A DNA stretch of 32,000 nt from Candidatus Syntropharchaeum caldarium. GTDB taxonomy: Archaea; Halobacteriota; Syntropharchaeia; Syntropharchaeales; Syntropharchaeaceae. The stretch is from assembly GCA_001766815.1 (NCBI GenBank), contig LYOS01000001.1, positions 459,987 through 491,986 of the forward strand. Reading direction: 5' to 3'. The notes below the pieces were generated by a model that saw only the letters and a program-made list of their open reading frames with translations, made no database searches and was not told the origin of the DNA. Shown here piece after piece: positions 8,461 to 17,260 of the stretch. The translations under genes and the position numbers were made by a program. Position 1 is the stretch's first letter, and each line of letters begins with the position of its first letter.

Positions 8461-8753
8461 TCCCACTCGAATGGTACCTCATACTTGCTGGTACCTTATT
8501 TTCAATCGGTGCTTATGGAATACTCGTTGAACGCAATGGTCTTAAGGTTTTGATGTGCCTTGAGATCCTTCTAAATGCAGCAAATATTAATCTTGTTGCT
8601 TTTTCAAGGGGAAATCTCATGGGACAGCAGTTTGCACTCTTTTCAATCGCTATTGCAGCATGTGAGGTTGCGGTCGGTCTTGCACTCCTTATAATGCTCT
8701 TCAGGTACATGGACACGATCGATCTTGAGACTTTCAATATACTGAGGTGGTAA
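8457..8753 (+). CDS. fpoK: complex I-like subunit K (NuoK homologue)
   Basis: 98 aa with three TM helices. Both conserved membrane glutamates are present (CLEILLNA and ACEVAVGLA). ATGA overlap with fpoJ. Confidence 0.9.
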   Translation: MIPLEWYLILAGTLFSIGAYGILVERNGLKVLMCLEILLNAANINLVAFSRGNLMGQQFALFSIAIAACEVAVGLALLIMLFRYMDTIDLETFNILRW

Positions 8754-8755
8754 CA

Positions 8756-10681
8756 ATGGCGTGGATTGAATATGCATACTGGATCGCACTTCTGCCCCTG
8801 ATTGGGTTTGTTCTGGAGCTATTTGTCGGTAAATACACCTGGAAGCGGGGTGGTATATTTGCAAACCTCGCCATACTTGGATCAACGATCATCGCTATTG
8901 GAACACTCACAGAGGTTCTTGGAGGTGCAAGGATAGATGTATCTGTGTCATGGTTCTTTGATGGCATTGTAGTCGGATATTTGATTGATCCGCTTGCAAT
9001 CGTGATGCTGTGTATGGTATCATTTGTTAGCCTGATGATTCACATCTATGCAACCGCTTACATGGATGAAGATCCGAACAAGTCACTCTACTTTGCAGAA
9101 ACTGCACTTTTCACCTGTGGAATGCTTGGACTTGTTCTCTCAAACAATCTCTTACAGTTATTCATCTTCTGGGAGCTTGTTGGTGTCTGTTCATATCTCC
9201 TGATTGGATTCTGGTGGTACAAACCAGAAGCAGCAGCAGCGGGAAAGAAAGCGTTCCTGACAACCCGTGTTGGAGACGTTCTCTTCTTGCTGGGTATTAT
9301 ATTGCTCTATTTCAATGTTTCACATCTGCCTGAACCGCTATCATTCAAATATCTCTTCTCGCTTGAGGTACTTGAAGCAATCCCACATACGCACCTGACA
9401 GCAATCGCACTCCTGTTTCTGGGCGGTGCTGTTGGAAAAAGTTCACAGTTTCCGCTTCATGTCTGGATTCCAGATGCGATGGAAGGTCCAACAACGGTTT
9501 CCGCTCTCATCCATGCAGCAACAATGGTAACAGCAGGAATTTATCTTGTTGCAAGGACGTATCCGATCTTTATCGCATCACCCGACGCTCTGGTTGTTGT
9601 TGCGGTACTTGGCGGTTTCACAGCCCTCTTTGCAGCAACACTCGGTCTTGTCGTGAATGATATAAAGCGGGTGCTCGCCTATTCAACGATCAGTCAGCTT
9701 GGGTACATGCTCTGCATGCTTGGCGTTGGATCGATCATCGGAGCATTTGCGGTTGGATACTCACTCTTCCATCTGATCTCACATGCATTCTTCAAAGCCC
9801 TTCTCTTCCTCTGTTCTGGGGCTGTGCTTCATGGGCTTGCAAATACGAGGGATCTGAGGGAGATGGGTGGACTACTTAAGAAGATGCCAGTAACCGCAAT
9901 TGCGATGCTGATCGGTGCATTGAGCCTTTCAGGATTCCCATTGACAGCAGGCTTCTTCAGTAAAGATCGAATCATCGAGACCGCCTATGAGTACGGAGTT
10001 GCAACCAATAACTTCCTGCCATGGATATTTATCCTCCTTGCAGCTCTTCTTACAGCAGTTTACACATTCAGGCTCTGGTTTATGGCATTTACAGGTGAAC
10101 CACGAAGTTATCTTGCAGAACATGCACACGAAGCTTCAAAGATCATGACGATACCGTTGATTGTGCTCGCAGCATTTGCACTATTCTTTGGCATCTTCCA
10201 GAAAAAATTCTATACGTTTGTGGGTGCAAACTTTGACTCGCACCTGATCGAAGAACTGGCACATATCGGTGGGTATCATTTTCATCATGCCGGTCATGTG
10301 CCATTTGTAGTCATGATACTTCCTGCAGTCTGTGCAATCGGAGGAATTGCGATTGCTTACGGAATCTGGTATAATAATCGGGTCGATGTATCAACGTTCA
10401 TCTCAAAGGAAAACCCGATCTATAGATTGCTCTGGAACAAGTACTATCTCGATTTCATCTTCAAAGATTTGATTGCAGAGCGAGTATTTGGGTTTGTGGC
10501 GCTTGTTGCAGAGGCATTTGATAAGTATGTGATAGATGGCGTCGTAAACGGAATAAGCTACCTGGTACTTACAACAGGATCCAGACTGCGCAAGATCCAG
10601 ACAGGTGTTGTCGAAACGTACGCGACCGCGGTCGTGATTGGGGTGGTTATACTTATACTTCTCATAGGAGGGGTTATCTGA
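8756..10681 (+). CDS. fpoL: complex I-like antiporter subunit L (NuoL homologue)
   Basis: WELVGVCSYLLIGFWW and GKSSQFPLHVWIPDAMEGPTTVSALIHAATMV motifs. The ATG at 8756 is preferred over the track GTG at 8747 because GAGGTGG lies 5 nt upstream. Confidence 0.9.
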   Translation: MAWIEYAYWIALLPLIGFVLELFVGKYTWKRGGIFANLAILGSTIIAIGTLTEVLGGARIDVSVSWFFDGIVVGYLIDPLAIVMLCMVSFVSLMIHIYATAYMDEDPNKSLYFAETALFTCGMLGLVLSNNLLQLFIFWELVGVCSYLLIGFWWYKPEAAAAGKKAFLTTRVGDVLFLLGIILLYFNVSHLPEPLSFKYLFSLEVLEAIPHTHLTAIALLFLGGAVGKSSQFPLHVWIPDAMEGPTTVSALIHAATMVTAGIYLVARTYPIFIASPDALVVVAVLGGFTALFAATLGLVVNDIKRVLAYSTISQLGYMLCMLGVGSIIGAFAVGYSLFHLISHAFFKALLFLCSGAVLHGLANTRDLREMGGLLKKMPVTAIAMLIGALSLSGFPLTAGFFSKDRIIETAYEYGVATNNFLPWIFILLAALLTAVYTFRLWFMAFTGEPRSYLAEHAHEASKIMTIPLIVLAAFALFFGIFQKKFYTFVGANFDSHLIEELAHIGGYHFHHAGHVPFVVMILPAVCAIGGIAIAYGIWYNNRVDVSTFISKENPIYRLLWNKYYLDFIFKDLIAERVFGFVALVAEAFDKYVIDGVVNGISYLVLTTGSRLRKIQTGVVETYATAVVIGVVILILLIGGVI

Positions 10682-12222
10682 TGACATTTGGTCCAATCAC
10701 ACTGATACTTGCTGTACTTTTAATCGGGGCAGTCATCACATTTCTGACTCGTACACAGAAGCAGGCAAGGAGCGTTGCGCTTGTATCATCGGGCATCGCA
10801 CTTTTAATTGCTCTATCGATGTATCTTGGGTTCAATGGCAAGAATGGCATGCAATATACAGAGTCAGTCACCTGGATTGCATCGCTTGGCATCGGATACA
10901 ACGTGGGTGTCGATGGCATCGGACTTCCAATGGTAATCCTTGCAACGCTAATCTCGTTCCTCTGTGTGATCTATGCATGGGGAGAGGGGCACAGACCAAA
11001 TCAGTTCTTTGGGCTGGTGCTTCTGATGGATATGGCACTTGTTGGAGTCTTTGTCGCGCTTGATTTCTTTCTCTTCTACATGTTCTGGGAATTGACGCTG
11101 GTACCAATGTTCTTTTTGATCGGTATCTGGGGAGGTCCGCGAAAGCACTATGCCGCGATTAAGTTCCTGATATATACGCATGTTGCAAGTGTCGCAATGA
11201 TGCTCGCGATCTTTGCGATGTACTACTTCAATGGTGCAGCAACTGGTACTTATACATTCGATATGACCTATCTGCTCTCGCGATATGCTGCGGGTGCAGT
11301 ACCCATCTCGCCGTTGTGGATCAATCTAATACTCGGAGGTATGTTATTCGGATTCATGGTGAAGATGCCAGCAGTTCCGTTCCATACATGGCTTCCAGAC
11401 GCCCACGTTGAGGCGCCAACCGTGGGAAGTATCCTGCTGGCTGCAGTGCTTCTCAAGATGGGGGGGTATGGACTGTTCAGAGTGATAATTCCACTTATGG
11501 CAAACCCCGATGCATCCACGACCTTTGTCCTCGTCATTGCAGTCTTTGGCGTCGTGAGCATTCTCTTCAGTACTTTTGTCGCGCTGGCACAGAAGGACCT
11601 CAAGAAGCTTGTTGCATACTCCAGTATCGGGCACATGGGCTACATATCACTTGGAGTTGCAGGTGCGGTTGCATTCGGGACATCAGAGCTGCCAAGAATC
11701 CTTGCGGAGACGGGAGCGATGTATCAGATGTTCTCACATGGGATCATAACAGCCGTGCTCTTTGGATCTGTGGGTGTAATACAGCATGCAACAGGCACAA
11801 GGATTATCGAGGATCTCGGTGGGCTCACAAAACACATGCCAAAACTTGCTTTCGTGATGCTTGCAGGATTCCTTGCATCGCTTGGTCTTCCTGGCATGAG
11901 TGGTTTTGTCGCCGAGTTTGCAATCCTGACGGGTTCATTCTCACAGATCCCAATCTTCGTGCTTCTTGCTATGTTTGGAATCGTGTTTGTGGCAGCGTAT
12001 CACCTGTGGGCAATCCAGAGGGCGTTATTTGGGCCATACAATGAATATCTTGGGGATATCCATGATATAGCAATCTATGAGCTTCTTGCGCTTGCGATAC
12101 TTGTGGCACTGATCATTATACTTGGAACGCCAAACCCGATCTGCAATCATCTCTTTTCTGAGGTGATGCAACCAACGGCAGCAAATATACTATCGATTTT
12201 ACCCAAAGGAGGTCTGCTATGA
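10681..12222 (+). CDS. fpoM: complex I-like antiporter subunit M (NuoM homologue)
   Basis: FYMFWELTLVPMFFLIGIWGG and MPAVPFHTWLPDAHVEAPT motifs. TGATG overlap with fpoL. Confidence 0.9.
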   Translation: MTFGPITLILAVLLIGAVITFLTRTQKQARSVALVSSGIALLIALSMYLGFNGKNGMQYTESVTWIASLGIGYNVGVDGIGLPMVILATLISFLCVIYAWGEGHRPNQFFGLVLLMDMALVGVFVALDFFLFYMFWELTLVPMFFLIGIWGGPRKHYAAIKFLIYTHVASVAMMLAIFAMYYFNGAATGTYTFDMTYLLSRYAAGAVPISPLWINLILGGMLFGFMVKMPAVPFHTWLPDAHVEAPTVGSILLAAVLLKMGGYGLFRVIIPLMANPDASTTFVLVIAVFGVVSILFSTFVALAQKDLKKLVAYSSIGHMGYISLGVAGAVAFGTSELPRILAETGAMYQMFSHGIITAVLFGSVGVIQHATGTRIIEDLGGLTKHMPKLAFVMLAGFLASLGLPGMSGFVAEFAILTGSFSQIPIFVLLAMFGIVFVAAYHLWAIQRALFGPYNEYLGDIHDIAIYELLALAILVALIIILGTPNPICNHLFSEVMQPTAANILSILPKGGLL

Positions 12223-13685
12223 ACTACGAACTGCTCTTACCTGAACTTATCGTCGCAGCTTCTGCACTCATCGTGCTTCTGGCAGTCTTCATCAAGGATG
12301 GTGGGAAGAAATTTGCAGGCTATCTAAGTATCATCGCACTTCTCACAGCACTCATTCTCGTCCTGAAGGATGGACTTGTCACACCAGCTGCGTACTTCAA
12401 TGACACGATCGTAATCGATCCGCTGAGCCAGATCTTCAATATGATCTTTCTCGTTGTGGCACTCCTTGTTGTAATCGCAGGAATCAGGTACAACGAGGAT
12501 AAACCGAATGCCGAGGTCTTCTACTCGCTTCTCCTCTTTGCAACACTTGGTATGATGATTGTTGCAATCTCAAACGACCTCATCCCGTTATTTGTCGGAT
12601 TTGAACTCGCAAGCCTCGCAACATATCCGTTAGCAGCGTTTGAGCGGGAGAAACGTGGTATCGAGGCATCGGTCAAGTATTTTGTGATCGGGGGCTTATC
12701 ATCAGCAATACTCCTCTTTGGGCTATCCTACATCTATGGTGTGACAGGCACAACGAAGATACCCGAGGTGGCAGACGCACTCGCTGTTAATCTGATGACT
12801 CCAGCATCACTTCTTGGACTCCTCTTTGTTATTGCAGGTTTCGGGTTCAAGATGGCGCTCGTGCCGTTTCACATGTGGGCGGTCGATGTCTATGATGGCG
12901 CACCCTATATTGTGACAGCTCTGCTATCATCTGCATCCAAGAAGATGGCGTTTATCGCTGGCTTCAAGGTACTGATCGTCGGGCTTATCGCACTCAGGGT
13001 TGATTGGTATATCGGAATCGCACTGCTTGCAGTTATGACGATGACACTTGGCAACGTTGTTGCAGCGGTTCAGAAGAGTGTTAAGCGGATGCTTGCATAC
13101 TCAAGCGTTGCCCATGCAGGATATATCGCCATTGCATTTGTTGTAATCTCAAAATCATTATCTGCAGCAGAGATCGCGGTTGCAGGAGGTATTCTTCACA
13201 TCTTCTCACACGCCCTGATGAATCTGGGTGCGTTTCTCATCGTTGCGGTTGTTGCAACTGCCGCGCTCTCAAAGGTTAAACCAGGAGAGGAGGATAATCT
13301 TGACAACTATGCTGGACTCGGAAGGATCGCACCTGTAACCGCCCTCCTGATGGCGATCCTGATGCTCTCTCTCGGTGGTGTGCCGCCTACGTTCGGGTTC
13401 TTCAGCAAAGCCGTGATATTCCTTTCTGCAATCAAGGCCGACCTTTTATGGATTGCTATAATCGGCGTCCTGAATAGTGCGCTCTCTCTTTTCTATTATG
13501 CGAGAGTTGTGATGTATATGTACTACCGTGACCCAGTTCTCGATCGCGTCAGCGAGCCACTTATGTATATACTTCCGATAGCACTTGCAACCGTGGGTGT
13601 TCTGCTTCTCGGACTCTATCCACCAACCTACGAATGGGCGTTTGAGGCAGCGCGCACGCTTCTTGCAATGGGAGGTATTCTATGA
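12219..13685 (+). CDS. fpoN: complex I-like antiporter subunit N (NuoN homologue)
   Basis: FVGFELASLATYPLAAF and KMALVPFHMWAVDVYDGAP motifs. ATGA overlap with fpoM. Confidence 0.9.
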   Translation: MNYELLLPELIVAASALIVLLAVFIKDGGKKFAGYLSIIALLTALILVLKDGLVTPAAYFNDTIVIDPLSQIFNMIFLVVALLVVIAGIRYNEDKPNAEVFYSLLLFATLGMMIVAISNDLIPLFVGFELASLATYPLAAFEREKRGIEASVKYFVIGGLSSAILLFGLSYIYGVTGTTKIPEVADALAVNLMTPASLLGLLFVIAGFGFKMALVPFHMWAVDVYDGAPYIVTALLSSASKKMAFIAGFKVLIVGLIALRVDWYIGIALLAVMTMTLGNVVAAVQKSVKRMLAYSSVAHAGYIAIAFVVISKSLSAAEIAVAGGILHIFSHALMNLGAFLIVAVVATAALSKVKPGEEDNLDNYAGLGRIAPVTALLMAILMLSLGGVPPTFGFFSKAVIFLSAIKADLLWIAIIGVLNSALSLFYYARVVMYMYYRDPVLDRVSEPLMYILPIALATVGVLLLGLYPPTYEWAFEAARTLLAMGGIL

Positions 13686-14095
13686 TCAAAGAAGGATTTT
13701 ATCGGTTGATGATCGCATACTATAATGGCTGGGCCGAGTTTGAGAGCATCTATGGTGATATAGATCTCGTGGTGCATTATCTCAAGCGCGGTCTGAAGTA
13801 TGCCGAACGACTGAAGCGCGTGGCATCCAGCGAGAGAGATATTCATGTCGCAGAGGCGAACATCAGGAAAGCGCGACTTATCCTCTCGTTGTTTGAAGAA
13901 AAGATCTCGGTCTCTGAGTTCAAGAAAGGGATGCAGGAACTTGAAAAGTACCCGATCGCATTCAGGAGGGGGCGGGAGGATATTGGAACGCCAGAAGAGG
14001 CAATAGCAGCGACAATTCACCGTATTGAGTACACCTATGATCGTTATGATGTGAGATACCCCAGCTTTGACATGCATCGAAGTGGTGATAGATGA
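13682..14095 (+). CDS. hypothetical soluble helical protein, translationally coupled to fpoN (occupies the position of fpoO)
   Basis: 137-aa ORF. ATGA overlap with the fpoN stop, with GGAGG 6 nt upstream. No Cys and no TM segment. No family recognised. Confidence 0.6.
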   Translation: MIKEGFYRLMIAYYNGWAEFESIYGDIDLVVHYLKRGLKYAERLKRVASSERDIHVAEANIRKARLILSLFEEKISVSEFKKGMQELEKYPIAFRRGREDIGTPEEAIAATIHRIEYTYDRYDVRYPSFDMHRSGDR

Positions 14096-14346
14096 TGATT
14101 CAGGAATGTATCGAGGAAATGAAACACAAGGGCGGCGCGGAAGGGGCTGCAGAATTTATCAGGTGCATCAAGCGGCATAAAGAGGAAGTTTACTGGGATG
14201 AAGAGCTTGGAAGGCTCAAGGTTGCAGCTGAGGTCTGGCAGGATGGTTGGGAAGATCTGATGCGAGAAGTGACAGCGAAACTTGGTATCACAGATCGCAA
14301 TAGCTACATTGCGGTTAAGAATAAATATAATCTGACGATGTATTAG
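14092..14346 (+). CDS. hypothetical small soluble protein, coupled to the preceding ORF
   Basis: 84-aa ORF. ATGA overlap with the preceding stop. Charged and helical, with two Cys. No family recognised. Confidence 0.55.
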   Translation: MMIQECIEEMKHKGGAEGAAEFIRCIKRHKEEVYWDEELGRLKVAAEVWQDGWEDLMREVTAKLGITDRNSYIAVKNKYNLTMY

Positions 14347-14444
14347 GGTATCAGACTTTGAGTGGAGCGTAGCGAAACCAGATATGTGTCTGTTAGGCGC
14401 TGTTGGTCACCCAACTTTCCATGATCAATTCTAAACTCAGTAAA

Positions 14445-14450
14445 TTTTTT
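14445..14450 (+). terminator. oligo-T tract, candidate archaeal terminator for the + strand fpo block
   Basis: A T6 run (TAAATTTTTTGAG) about 100 nt downstream of the last + strand ORF, within the convergent intergenic region. Confidence 0.3.
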
Positions 14451-14457
14451 GAGTATT

Positions 14458-14625
14458 TCAGATAATCCACGGGAAGACCGTAACAACGATGGTCAGAAAG
14501 CCAAGGATGATGCAGAACTTTGAGAAGTTCAGATGCCTGGCAGATCTCATGAGAAGGTCTATCGTGGCATATCCTGTGAGAAAAGCGACAGTGATCATGA
14601 CAAGCACATAAGCTATCCGAAACAT
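14458..14625 (-). CDS. candidate 55-aa two-helix membrane protein downstream of, and in frame with, fpoH
   Basis: Not in the ORF track (under 60 aa). My translation is MFRIAYVLVMITVAFLTGYATIDLLMRSARHLNFSKFCIILGFLTIVVTVFPWII*. It shows two clean hydrophobic helices with a basic loop. Codon choice is like its neighbours. Only a weak GGAG lies ~16 nt upstream. Confidence 0.3.
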   Translation of the reverse strand: MFRIAYVLVMITVAFLTGYATIDLLMRSARHLNFSKFCIILGFLTIVVTVFPWII

Positions 14626-14673
14626 GGCATAAGCTACACTCCGCTGCGCAGAGATAATTGCGCTGGTGAAACT

Positions 14674-15711
14674 TCACATCACTGCCAGCACACCGCCAGT
14701 TATTACGATATTCAATAATGCAAGCGGTAGGAGCCACTTCCATCCAATATCAAGTAATTGATCAATCCTGACCCTTGGTAAGGTTGCACGAATCCAGAAT
14801 ATCACCCATATCACGATAAAGGTCTTTATGGCAAACCAGAGCCATGACGGCAGGAACGGCCCATTCCAGCCTCCAAGATATAGCGTGGTGAGAATTCCCC
14901 CTGCAACAAAGAGTTCGAGGTACTCAGCTAAGAAGAAGAAGGAGAATTTCATCCCTGAATATTCGGTTGTGTAACCTGCAACCAGTTCTGATTCAGACTC
15001 CTGGAAGTCGAACGGAATTCTTCCAAGATCTGCAAGGAGTCCGATGAAGAATATCACAAATCCAAGCGGCTGGAGAATAATATAAGGTAATCCAGTCTGT
15101 GCTTCAACGATTCCAGGTAAACTCAATGTTCCTGCAAGTAATACTACCCCTATAGCAGCGAGAACCATCGATATTTCATAGCTTATAATCTCTGCCGCCC
15201 TTCTAAGCCCTGCAAGAACCGCATACTTGTTATTCTGCGCCCATGACGCCATAATAATACCAAGCGTCGGAAGTGATGAGACTGCAAGCAGGAAGACGAT
15301 CCCAACGCTGAGATCTGTCATAACAAGGGTTTTTCCGAAGGGAATTACAGCAAGTACAACCACGACTGGTACAAACATCACGATCGGTGCAAGCAGGAAG
15401 ACCCATCTATCGATCGTCTTTGGGTGAACATCCTCCTTGACAAGCAGCTTGATACCATCTGCGATCGGCTGCAGGAGTCCATGTGGCCCTGTTCGCATTG
15501 GCCCTATTCGCTGCTGAATATCACTCAGGACCTTCCGTTCAAGCCATGTCAGGTATGCAAGTATCAACGACGCTACGGTCGCAACAACCCCTGCGATAGC
15601 AAGTACCAGCATTATCCTGATCACAATCTCTGGTAAAAAACCTGAAAGTATCTGATAGACTCCCAGCTGACTCAGGATTCCAACAAGTGAATCATACATC
15701 GTTGTTGTCAT
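14674..15711 (-). CDS. fpoH: complex I-like subunit H (NuoH homologue)
   Basis: LERKVLSDIQQRIGPMRTGPHGLLQPIADGIKL and AGYTTEYSGMKFSFFFLAEY are NuoH signatures. ATGA overlap with fpoD. Confidence 0.9.
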   Translation of the reverse strand: MTTTMYDSLVGILSQLGVYQILSGFLPEIVIRIMLVLAIAGVVATVASLILAYLTWLERKVLSDIQQRIGPMRTGPHGLLQPIADGIKLLVKEDVHPKTIDRWVFLLAPIVMFVPVVVVLAVIPFGKTLVMTDLSVGIVFLLAVSSLPTLGIIMASWAQNNKYAVLAGLRRAAEIISYEISMVLAAIGVVLLAGTLSLPGIVEAQTGLPYIILQPLGFVIFFIGLLADLGRIPFDFQESESELVAGYTTEYSGMKFSFFFLAEYLELFVAGGILTTLYLGGWNGPFLPSWLWFAIKTFIVIWVIFWIRATLPRVRIDQLLDIGWKWLLPLALLNIVITGGVLAVM

Positions 15712-16814
15712 CTATCCATCTCCCCAAGACATATATCCAGGCTACCCACGGTCGCAACAAGATCCGCAATCTTTGCATTCTCACACATGACAGGCAGTGC
15801 AGCAACGTTGCTGTATGCAGGTGAGCGAATCCTGAGCCGATACGGCTTATCAGATCCATCACTTATTATTAAAAAGCCAAGCTCACCTTTAGAACCTTCA
15901 ACACGAGAATAAACCCTTCCAGGTTCTGGCTTTATCTTCTTCGGAACCTTTGCCATGATTTCTCCTTCTGGAATCTTGTCAAGTGCCTGCTGAACGATCT
16001 TCATACTCTGTTTCATCTCCTCAACTCGAATGAGGTAACGGGAATAGACGTCACATCCATGCTCCACAGGAATCCTGAAATCGAACCGATCATAGATCGA
16101 GTAAGGCTCAATCTTTCGCGTATCGTATTCAAGTCCTGATGCTCTGGCAATAGGTCCTGTCACACCATAATCGATCGCATCTTCTTTTGGTAGTATCCCG
16201 ACTCCGACCGTTCTTGCCAGCAGGATCTCGTTCTCGGTCAAGATCGTCTCATACTCACTCAGCTTCTCAGGAAACATATCGAGGAAGTTCTGCAGGCGGT
16301 CGGCAAAGCCTTCTGGCATATCTTTTGAGACACCGCCGATTCGCATGTATGAAAATGTTATCCTCGCACCGCAGAGCATCTCGAAGATATTTAAAATCTC
16401 TTCTCGCTCCCTGAAACAGTAGAAAAACGGTGCCATCGCGCCAAGATCAAGCCCCCATGCAGAGAGCCATACAAGGTGTGACGCAATCCTTGAAAGCTCT
16501 GCCATCATCACCCTGAGGTACTCAGCTCGCTCTGGGACCTCAATTCCAAGAAGTTTCTCTACTGCCGTAACATAACCGAAGTTGTTGAGCATGCTTCCGG
16601 CATAATCGAGCCTGTCGGTGTATGGGATGAACTGTGGGTAAGTCAGTGATTCTGCAAGTTTCTCCATGCCGCGGTGGAGGTACCCGATGACTGGATCGAC
16701 CTCTCTAACGATCTCACCTTCAAGCTTGAGCCTGAGCCTCAGAACACCGTGTGTTGCAGGATGAGCAGGACCCATATTGATCGGGATCTCTACAACCTTT
16801 CTTATATCTGACAT
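15708..16814 (-). CDS. fpoD: complex I-like subunit D (NuoD homologue, 49-kDa type)
   Basis: NMGPAHPATHGVLRLRLKLEGE and the C-terminal DICLGEMDR. There are no RxCGxC or DPCxxC NiFe-ligand motifs, so this is not a hydrogenase large subunit. Confidence 0.9.
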   Translation of the reverse strand: MSDIRKVVEIPINMGPAHPATHGVLRLRLKLEGEIVREVDPVIGYLHRGMEKLAESLTYPQFIPYTDRLDYAGSMLNNFGYVTAVEKLLGIEVPERAEYLRVMMAELSRIASHLVWLSAWGLDLGAMAPFFYCFREREEILNIFEMLCGARITFSYMRIGGVSKDMPEGFADRLQNFLDMFPEKLSEYETILTENEILLARTVGVGILPKEDAIDYGVTGPIARASGLEYDTRKIEPYSIYDRFDFRIPVEHGCDVYSRYLIRVEEMKQSMKIVQQALDKIPEGEIMAKVPKKIKPEPGRVYSRVEGSKGELGFLIISDGSDKPYRLRIRSPAYSNVAALPVMCENAKIADLVATVGSLDICLGEMDR

Positions 16815-17260
16815 ATCTCCACCCCCGTCTCATCCTCAAGCTCTACCTTCTGCTCCTTATCCAGTGGATAGCTCTTCAAGAGTGGATATCCATCCCAGCT
16901 ATCTGGCAAAAGGATTCTTGCGAGTTTGGGATGTCCTTTGAACTTTATCCCGAACATATCGTACGCTTCCCGTTCATGCCAGTTCGCACCACGCCAGAGT
17001 GAGGTGACAGTTGGCAGTATCGGATTATCCTTCGAGATTCTCACGGTGAGCATTATCCGATCTGGCTTCGAGTAGGACGCAATATTATATATTACTTCCA
17101 GATATTCCTCAAAGTCAGCGCCTGTTATTGCCTCAAGAAAGTCAAAGCCCTTATTTTTGAGGAATGTGCAAACCTCGATGATCTGATCTGGCTCGACAAG
17201 TAGAAGTCCATCTTCGGATTTTACCACATGAGGAAACTCATTGAGAAGTTCTTCACTCAT
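16802..17260 (-). CDS. fpoC: complex I-like subunit C (NuoC homologue, 30-kDa type)
   Basis: [20 protein letters not shown] signature. Overlaps fpoD by 13 nt. Confidence 0.9.
   Translation of the reverse strand: MSEELLNEFPHVVKSEDGLLLVEPDQIIEVCTFLKNKGFDFLEAITGADFEEYLEVIYNIASYSKPDRIMLTVRISKDNPILPTVTSLWRGANWHEREAYDMFGIKFKGHPKLARILLPDSWDGYPLLKSYPLDKEQKVELEDETGVEICQI

Noticed and set aside
14393-14743. A 116-aa Cys/His-rich ORF in the convergent fpo gap. It looks superficially like a metal-binding protein.
   Set aside because: It overlaps the 3' end of fpoH by 70 nt. Its composition looks like an out-of-frame artefact (runs of C/H/S/R). A different frame of the same stretch gives a much more protein-like two-helix peptide, reported separately.
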